Notes under the pieces: model-generated | Database searches by the model: none | Seen by the model: only the letters and a program-made list of their open reading frames with translations | Told to the model about the DNA's origin: nothing | From: Nanopusillaceae archaeon | Lineage (GTDB): Archaea > Nanobdellota > Nanobdellia > Nanobdellales > Nanobdellaceae | Reading direction: 5' to 3' | DNA length: 5,075 bases | Assembly: GCA_049973735.1 (NCBI GenBank) | Contig: JBMFJL010000042.1 | Span: 1-5,075 of the forward strand | Made by a program: the position numbers and the translations under genes | Shown here: positions 1 through 4,696 of the stretch, in pieces | Position numbering within the stretch: position 1 is the first letter of the stretch | Layout: each line of letters opens with the position of its first letter

Positions 1-852
1 TTTTAATAACTTTGCATATAAGTATGTTCTGCTTAACAGTAATTTAATGTTGTCCTTTGATACAATTCCAGATTTCAATGATAACTTTATTGTATTCTGG
101 TATGTATTTCTCAATAATAATTTTATGTTTTCTTTTGTTGGATAACCCAATTTTAAAGATAATACTAAAGATCTTCTGAATCCTTCTTTTATTTGTCCCA
201 AATATACTTCTAATGGTGTAGAAAGTATATCTGCAGTATATAATATTTTGCTTTTCCTATCATATACAAATAATAATTTTACCTTTACAGGTATTGGTGT
301 AAGATTAAACTTTTGTAATAAAGATGCTAAACCTTCATCTACTACTTGTCCCTTTTTAGCTACTACTGTGTCTTCAACTATTACTATTTTTCCACCTTCT
401 ACCTTTGTTTTAATATTATATTTCTTTAGTTCAGTTAATACAGGACCAGGGGTTAAATTGGTTGGACCTGCTTTAATTACAATATCTTCCTCTAATACGT
501 CTCCAGCCTTAGCACTTCTATAACTCTTATTTTCTTCTAAAATTTTGTTTATTATAAATGGATTTATATTTTCTTTTGGTAACATTAATAATATAGTTAC
601 TCTTTTTGCATTTTCCAATTCATTTATCAATTTCTCAATGTTCTTATCATTTTCTGCCAATCTTTCTAATGCTTTTATTAATAAATTTTTTCTAACAACC
701 TTTAGATAAAATCCTTGACTCTTCAATTTCTTTCTAATCTGTTGCAAAGAGCTTGTTGGAACATCCATTACATTTACTATTGTAATCATATCATATTTAG
801 AAATAGTATCATACAAATCTTTTACATACAATATTTTTTGTTGAGATACCAT
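1..852 (-). CDS. rplP0: Large-subunit ribosomal stalk protein uL10 (archaeal P0). Partial: the C-terminus lies beyond the window start.
   Basis: I translated the minus strand by hand from the ATG at 852-850. The frame stays open for all 284 codons down to base 1, so it has no in-window stop, which explains its absence from the ORF track. The translation begins MVSQQKILYVKDLYDTISKYDMITIVNVMDVPTSSLQQIRKKLKSQGFYLKVVRKNLLIKALE and continues ...AKAGDVLEEDIVIKAGPTNLTPGPVLTELKKYNIKTKVEGGKIVIVEDTVVAKKGQVVDEGLASLLQKFNLTPIPV. These match the P0/L10 hallmarks (vp..ql..iR..lr; aG.T.l.PGP; GkI.i). It starts 3 nt after the uL1 stop, in the canonical rpl1-rpl10 order. Confidence 0.88.
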   Translation of the reverse strand, partial: MVSQQKILYVKDLYDTISKYDMITIVNVMDVPTSSLQQIRKKLKSQGFYLKVVRKNLLIKALERLAENDKNIEKLINELENAKRVTILLMLPKENINPFIINKILEENKSYRSAKAGDVLEEDIVIKAGPTNLTPGPVLTELKKYNIKTKVEGGKIVIVEDTVVAKKGQVVDEGLASLLQKFNLTPIPVKVKLLFVYDRKSKILYTADILSTPLEVYLGQIKEGFRRSLVLSLKLGYPTKENIKLLLRNTYQNTIKLSLKSGIVSKDNIKLLLSRTYLYAKLLK

Positions 853-855
853 TTT

Positions 856-1503
856 TTATAATATTCTAATTGATTTACTCATTGTTAGCTTTATATATAT
901 ACTCTTTATTTTATCTTTCTGTATTTTGTTGAATAGATAATTGATTACTGCTTCTGCATTTTCTTTTAGTTCCTCTGGACGCATACTTTCTGTACCAATT
1001 GGTATTCCAAAAGTATAATGATTTTTTACAACTATTCTTACCATTTTTTGCATTCTGTTATATATTGAAATCAAACCTTCTTTTGTTATATTATCTGGAA
1101 ATATCATTCCGAATTTTGGATTTGGCATTTTATTTCTAGTGGATAAATATTTACCCATAAATTTACCTAGATCTGCCATGACAGAGGCTTGAGCTACAAA
1201 TATATAATATCTGTTTGCAATTTTTTTTGCCTCTCTTTTATTTGCTCCAAAATCTTTTAATTGATCTTTTGTTATTACTCCATCAAATACTTCCTTTGCA
1301 ATTTTTTCCAATTCTGGTCCTACTACAGCTGCTATTTTTGTTTTTTTACCTTTTCCTCTTGGCAATTCAATATATTCAACAAATCTATTTTCGCTCTTAT
1401 TTAAATCATAGGTCTTCTTTAAATTTACTATTAATTCTACAGTTTGTATAAATCTTCTTTTTCTAGATTTTTCTAATAATTCTTGTATGACTTTAGTATC
1501 CAT
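856..1503 (-). CDS. rpl1: Large-subunit ribosomal protein uL1
   Basis: 215-aa ORF with the uL1 layout: RFIQTVELIVNLK near the N-terminus, ELPRGKGKK, and the KMPNP core. The usual LGPRGKMP appears here as LSTRNKMP, so it is diverged. It sits between uL11 and P0 as in other archaea. Confidence 0.9.
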   Translation of the reverse strand: MDTKVIQELLEKSRKRRFIQTVELIVNLKKTYDLNKSENRFVEYIELPRGKGKKTKIAAVVGPELEKIAKEVFDGVITKDQLKDFGANKREAKKIANRYYIFVAQASVMADLGKFMGKYLSTRNKMPNPKFGMIFPDNITKEGLISIYNRMQKMVRIVVKNHYTFGIPIGTESMRPEELKENAEAVINYLFNKIQKDKIKSIYIKLTMSKSIRIL

Positions 1504-1528
1504 ATAAGGAATGAGATTATTGGAAATC

Positions 1529-1536
1529 TTTAAAAA
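1529..1536 (-). promoter_or_regulatory. TATA-like box (TTTTTAAA on the minus strand) upstream of rpl1
   Basis: It lies 26-33 nt upstream of the rpl1 ATG, and no GGAGG/GGTG-like motif lies between them. That spacing fits an archaeal TATA box driving a leaderless or near-leaderless rpl1-rplP0 transcript. A/T-only motifs are common by chance in sequence this AT-rich. Confidence 0.3.
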
Positions 1537-1541
1537 TGATA

Positions 1542-1694
1542 CTACTTTTTAAAAAAGAGTTTTATCATTTCTTCAAGAGCTTTGTTAGAAGTAAGGTATC
1601 TTTTTATATATAGTTTTATAATTATTATGAGTGCTATGAAAGCAGAGATAAAACCTATGAAAAATCCGATAAGAAAACTTATTAAATCAATCAA
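1542..1694 (-). CDS. Candidate small single-pass membrane protein (about 50 aa, non-ATG start). Hypothetical.
   Basis: The minus-strand frame is open from the TAA at 1703-1701 to the TAG at 1544-1542. Possible starts are TTG at 1694, ATT at 1691 or ATA at 1700. Translation from the TTG: (M)IDLISFLIGFFIGFISAFIALIIIIKLYIKRYLTSNKALEEMIKLFFKK. That is one roughly 23-residue hydrophobic helix followed by a basic amphipathic tail. It fills most of the only long spacer in an otherwise gapless locus. The ORF track missed it because there is no ATG start. Confidence 0.3.
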   Translation of the reverse strand: MIDLISFLIGFFIGFISAFIALIIIIKLYIKRYLTSNKALEEMIKLFFKK

Positions 1695-1696
1695 TC

Positions 1697-2179
1697 CTAT
1701 TTAAGTAAATGATCATATTTGCCTTCATCTACTTCCCTTATTACTATTTTTGGATCTTTTCCATCTACTGTTAATCCTAAAGATAAAGCAGTTCCCAATA
1801 CCATTTTTACTGCAGACTTTAAATTATTCGTATTGAAATCATTCATTTTTAATTTTGCAACTTTTAATACCTGTTCGAATGTGACGTTTCCAACTATTTC
1901 ACTTTTATTTGCCCTTTTTGCTATTTCTATTCCTGCTTCTTTCTTTAATAGTGAAGAGGTTGGTGGGAGTCCAACTTCAATATTATATTTTCTAGTTTCA
2001 ACATCTACAATTATTTTTACTGGTACTTGTAATCCTTTGAATTCCTTAGTTGCTTCATTTATTTTATTTATTATTTCACCAACATTTAGTTTAAGTTGAC
2101 TTAATTTTGGTCCTATATTTGGTCCAGGTTTTGCATTTCCACCTTCTACTAACAATTCAATGACTTCAGTCTTACCCAT
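1697..2179 (-). CDS. rpl11: Large-subunit ribosomal protein uL11
   Basis: 160-aa ORF with the uL11 N-terminal motif VEGGNAKPGPNIGPKLSQLKLNV (consensus veGG.A.pGPplGPaLg..G.N). It also carries INEATKEFKGLQVPVKI, GLPPTSSLLKKEAG and GTALSLGLTVDGKDP. Confidence 0.92.
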   Translation of the reverse strand: MGKTEVIELLVEGGNAKPGPNIGPKLSQLKLNVGEIINKINEATKEFKGLQVPVKIIVDVETRKYNIEVGLPPTSSLLKKEAGIEIAKRANKSEIVGNVTFEQVLKVAKLKMNDFNTNNLKSAVKMVLGTALSLGLTVDGKDPKIVIREVDEGKYDHLLK

Positions 2180-2219
2180 AGATATGTGTTTTAAAATATT
2201 ATTTTTTAAAATTATAGAA
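2180..2219. promoter_or_regulatory. 40-bp divergent intergenic region with two opposed TATA-like boxes (rpl11 to the left, secE to the right)
   Basis: TTTTAAAATA at 2189-2198 lies 22-31 nt upstream of the secE ATG at 2220. ATTTTAAAAA (reverse complement of 2203-2212) lies 24-33 nt upstream of the rpl11 ATG at 2179. Neither side has room for a 5' UTR or a Shine-Dalgarno motif. Confidence 0.4.
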
Positions 2220-2402
2220 ATGGGTCTTAAGGAAATTATTGAAGAAATGAGGGAAATTTATGATGCAGCTACGAAACCAAAGTGGAATCAGATAAGAAAA
2301 CAGTTTTATATTATAATATTATTCTTTCTCTTGGTTGCAACCTTGGCCCTAATCATATTTATAAGTCTACAATATAGTATATTAGTATGCCAATTTATGT
2401 AG
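2220..2402 (+). CDS. secE: Protein translocase subunit SecE (Sec61-gamma)
   Basis: I used the internal ATG at 2220 of track ORF 2160..2402. The 60-aa product is MGLKEIIEEMREIYDAATKPKWNQIRKQFYIIILFFLLVATLALIIFISLQYSILVCQFM. It has an amphipathic N-terminus, the conserved KP(T/K) motif and one C-terminal transmembrane helix, which is the archaeal SecE architecture. It lies immediately upstream of nusG/spt5 and overlaps it, which is the classic secE-nusG pairing. Confidence 0.8.
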   Translation: MGLKEIIEEMREIYDAATKPKWNQIRKQFYIIILFFLLVATLALIIFISLQYSILVCQFM

Positions 2403-2824
2403 TAGTTGTAACTTCCGGAAAAGAAGAACTTGTAGCAGATATATTGGGTGCGGAAGCAAAAAGAAAGAACTTGGAAATATATTCTATAATGCAAATACCT
2501 GGTGTAAAAGGATATATTTTTGTAGAAGCAGTTAATTCTTTGGAAGTTCAGAGGGCAATAATTGGGATAAGGTATGCAAAGAGAGTATTACCACAGGAAG
2601 TATCCATAGAAGAGTTATCCAAATATTTCGAAGAAGAGAAAGTAGAATTATCTTTAGGAGATATAGTAGAAGTATTATCTGGAGCATTTAAAGGTACGAG
2701 AGGAAAAATATTGAACATCGATGATAAGCGAAAGGAGGCAACTATAGAATTAATAGATGTTCCAGTACCTCTGCAATTAAATATACCTTTAAATAATTTA
2801 AAATTAATAGAAAAATCTAAATAA
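2387..2824 (+). CDS. spt5: Transcription elongation factor Spt5 (archaeal NusG)
   Basis: 145 aa. It has an NGN domain (YVVVVTSGKEELVA...IYSIMQIPGVKGYIFVEA) and a KOW motif (GDIVEVLSGAFKGTRGKILNID). The length and layout are typical of archaeal Spt5. Its start overlaps the end of secE by 16 nt. Confidence 0.9.
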   Translation: MPIYVVVVTSGKEELVADILGAEAKRKNLEIYSIMQIPGVKGYIFVEAVNSLEVQRAIIGIRYAKRVLPQEVSIEELSKYFEEEKVELSLGDIVEVLSGAFKGTRGKILNIDDKRKEATIELIDVPVPLQLNIPLNNLKLIEKSK

Positions 2825-3890
2825 TTTCTATTCCAAGCTCTTTTTCTATTTTCGTTTTCTCTTCTTCTGTTATTTTTTGTTCTCCTGTTTTTATTCCCAA
2901 TATAAATGTCGGTATGCTCTTCAATTTTGTTATTGTTACAGATACTCTTATGTAATTCTTCTTCTCCTCATCAAATGTAATTCCTTGTATTATTTTTGCC
3001 TTTGGATCTAATACTGATTTAATATTGTCTAATACTTTTCCTATTTCTGAAGGTGTTACGTCTGGAGATGCAACTATTCTGACCAATGCTGCTTTCGCAC
3101 CTGTTATATCTACATCTACCAATGGATTGTTTAATGCTCTTTGTACCGCCTCTGAAGCTTTATTTTCTGAATTTGATTCTCCTATTCCAAATATTCCATA
3201 ACCTGCTCCAGAAACTATTGATCTGAAATCTGCAAAATCTACATTTATATATCCTGGTTTTGTTAATAGTTCAGTTAAATCTTTTAATATATTTGCTAAT
3301 AGCGAATCTGCAACTTTAAATGCATGTAGCATTGGTATATTTGGATAAAGTTGTGTTAATTTATCATTTGGAATTATTACAAGCAGATCTACATTTTTTT
3401 CTAATCTTTCTAAAGAGTATAAAGCATTGTCCCATATATTTGAACCTTCCTGTGAAAATGGCCAAGTACAGACTGCTATAGCTAATGCTCCCAATTTTTT
3501 TGCAATTTCTGCTACTATTGGTGCAGAACCTCCTCCTGTTCCTCCTCCAAGTCCACAGGTTATAAATATAACATCTGATCCTTCCAATGCTTTTTTAATT
3601 TCTTGTTCTGACTCTTTTGCTGCTTCTTCTCCAACTTTTGGATCTTTTCCAGCTCCAAGACCTCTTGTTAATTGTTTTCCAATAAGTATTTTTTTATGCG
3701 CCTTTGTAATTAGTAAATGTCTCACATCCGTATTTACAGCAATTAGTTCTGGTCCTTCTATATTCATTCCATACAATGTAGAAATAGTGTTGCTGCCAGC
3801 TCCACCACAACCAACAACCTTTATTCTTTTCACAGATTGTGCCAAATACTCTTCAAGCTCTTTGTCAAATAGTTCAACTTTATCAGTCAT
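2817..3890 (-). CDS. ftsZ: Cell division GTPase FtsZ (FtsZ1-like)
   Basis: 357 aa. Recognisable elements are IKVVGCGGAGSNT, NTDVRHL, GLGAGKDPKVGEEAA, the tubulin signature as GGGTGGGSAP, the T7-loop NVDFAD, GIGES, and a K/E-rich linker ending in the short hydrophobic C-terminal peptide ELGIEII. Its 3' end overlaps the 3' end of spt5 by 8 nt in convergent orientation. Confidence 0.93.
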   Translation of the reverse strand: MTDKVELFDKELEEYLAQSVKRIKVVGCGGAGSNTISTLYGMNIEGPELIAVNTDVRHLLITKAHKKILIGKQLTRGLGAGKDPKVGEEAAKESEQEIKKALEGSDVIFITCGLGGGTGGGSAPIVAEIAKKLGALAIAVCTWPFSQEGSNIWDNALYSLERLEKNVDLLVIIPNDKLTQLYPNIPMLHAFKVADSLLANILKDLTELLTKPGYINVDFADFRSIVSGAGYGIFGIGESNSENKASEAVQRALNNPLVDVDITGAKAALVRIVASPDVTPSEIGKVLDNIKSVLDPKAKIIQGITFDEEKKNYIRVSVTITKLKSIPTFILGIKTGEQKITEEEKTKIEKELGIEII

Positions 3891-4037
3891 AATTTCTTTT
3901 TGAAAATAAAATTAATAAATATATCTATATTGGATTATCGATTTTGTAAATAATCATTATAAACTTATTACTTGGATGAATTCTAAATATAAGAATTTAA
4001 TATTTTATATATAAATTTTGCTATAAAGATTCTCTTT
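3891..4037. promoter_or_regulatory. Divergent ftsZ / FKBP intergenic region with TATA-like boxes on both sides
   Basis: TTTATTAA (reverse complement of 3912-3919) lies 22-29 nt upstream of the ftsZ ATG. TTTTATATATAAA at 4003-4015 lies 23-35 nt upstream of the FKBP ATG at 4038. Neither side has a Shine-Dalgarno-like motif. The central roughly 80 nt have no assigned function. Confidence 0.35.
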
Positions 4038-4616
4038 ATGAGTAAATGGGTTGAGATAGAATATAAAATATATGATGAAAACGGAAATCTACTTGAAGAA
4101 ACCAGAGAACCAGTAATAATACCATTGGGCTTCAATATATTACATAAGGATATAGAGGAGAAATTAAAGAATTCTGAATATGGAAAAGAATATAATTTTT
4201 TATTAAAAAGACCTTTTGGAGAAAGAAATCCAGATTTAATAAAAATAATACCTATATCCGAATTTTATAAGAGAAATATAATACCAAAAGAAAATCTGGT
4301 AGTCAATGTAGATGGAATGATTGGAGTTATAAGATCTATAAATAGTGGAAGAGTTTTAGTAGATTTTAATCATTTTTATGCAGGAAAAGATCTTGTATAT
4401 AAAATAAAGTTAAATAGAGAAGTGACTGATCTTAAAGAAAAAATTGTTGGTATATTGAGTTTAGCATATAATATATCTAAAAGTAGTTTTGATCTTAATA
4501 TTGACGAAAATAATAAGAAAATAACCATAAATCTTAAGGAAGGGAACTTGACCAAAGAACAAAAAGAAATAGTAAAAAACTTTATACCAGAAATAAAAGA
4601 TTATAATATAGAGTAG
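4038..4616 (+). CDS. FKBP-type peptidyl-prolyl cis-trans isomerase (archaeal SlyD-like, with an IF/flap insert and a short C-terminal extension)
   Basis: 192 aa. The signature is RPFGERNPDLIKIIPISEFYKRNI...DGMIGVIRSINSGRVLVDFNHFYAGKDLVYKIKL. This matches the archaeal FKBP pattern aFG.rdp..i..ip...f....G....v.sv..grv.vDfNH.LAGk.l.y.i.i. The N-terminal beta-strands (VEIEYKIYDENGNLLEET) are also present. Confidence 0.85.
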   Translation: MSKWVEIEYKIYDENGNLLEETREPVIIPLGFNILHKDIEEKLKNSEYGKEYNFLLKRPFGERNPDLIKIIPISEFYKRNIIPKENLVVNVDGMIGVIRSINSGRVLVDFNHFYAGKDLVYKIKLNREVTDLKEKIVGILSLAYNISKSSFDLNIDENNKKITINLKEGNLTKEQKEIVKNFIPEIKDYNIE

Positions 4617-4688
4617 GGCCCGTAGCTCAGTCGGTAGAGCGTCGGGCTCTTAACCCGAAAGTCGGGGGTTCGAGTCCCCCCGGGCCCA
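4616..4688 (+). tRNA. tRNA-Lys (anticodon CUU), 73 nt, no intron, CCA not encoded
   Basis: I folded the cloverleaf by hand. Acceptor stem GGGCCCG (4616-4622) pairs with CGGGCCC (4681-4687), with discriminator A at 4688. D-stem GCTC/GAGC encloses the loop AGTCGGTA. Anticodon stem TCGGG/CCCGA encloses the loop C-T-CTT-A-A (4647-4653). The variable loop is AAGTC. T-arm GGGGG-TTCGAGT-CCCCC spans 4664-4680. Every stem pair is Watson-Crick. Confidence 0.95.
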
Positions 4689-4696
4689 TTTACATA

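Noticed and set aside
248-523. 91-aa plus-strand ORF from the track
   Set aside because: It lies entirely antisense to the strongly supported uL10/P0 frame. Its composition is low-complexity (S/T/F/L-rich) and it has no recognisable motif, so it is a shadow ORF.
1215-1451. 78-aa plus-strand ORF from the track
   Set aside because: It is antisense to rpl1. The product is Leu/Phe/Gln-rich and is the complement of Lys/Glu/Asn codons, so it is a shadow ORF.
1400-1560. L1 autoregulatory mRNA site (23S rRNA mimic), as known near the 5' end of rpl1 in Methanococcus
   Set aside because: I could find no GC-containing helix or asymmetric-loop structure resembling an L1-binding site in the first roughly 100 nt of rpl1 or its upstream region. 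The sequence there is almost pure A/T, so I cannot support the call from sequence alone.
1504-1696. C/D-box or other small RNA in the rpl11-rpl1 spacer (also considered for 3891-4037)
   Set aside because: Only partial C-box-like strings such as AATGATA are present, and there is no CTGA D box on either strand in the right arrangement. There are no terminal stems either.
1627-1704. 25-aa plus-strand ORF (MSAMKAEIKPMKNPIRKLIKSINPI) in the rpl11-rpl1 spacer
   Set aside because: It is short, on the strand opposite the surrounding operon, and runs into the rpl11 3' end. It is less plausible than the minus-strand transmembrane ORF and is probably chance.
1719-2099. 126-aa plus-strand ORF from the track
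   Set aside because: It is antisense to rpl11 across nearly its whole length, with no start context or promoter and no family resemblance, so it is a shadow ORF.
2160-2219. Upstream ATG at 2160 as the secE start (80-aa version in the track)
   Set aside because: The extra 20 codons (MTSVLPIDMCFKILFFKIIE) overlap the rpl11 N-terminus and run through the divergent promoter. Homology to SecE begins at the Met at 2220 (MGLKEIIEEMREI...).
2306-2494. 62-aa minus-strand ORF from the track
   Set aside because: It is antisense to the secE/spt5 junction, which is fully explained by two well-supported plus-strand genes.
3427-3903. 158-aa plus-strand ORF from the track
   Set aside because: It is antisense to the conserved FtsZ core. 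The Pro/Ser-rich stretch (PPPVPPPSP) is simply the complement of the GGA/GGT Gly codons of the GGGTGGG motif, so it is a shadow ORF.
3975-4010. Inverted repeat AAATAT-N9-ATATTT and other small palindromes (GAATTC, ATCGAT) in the ftsZ-FKBP spacer
   Set aside because: These are 6-nt arms made only of A/T. They are expected by chance at this base composition, so there is no basis for calling an operator.
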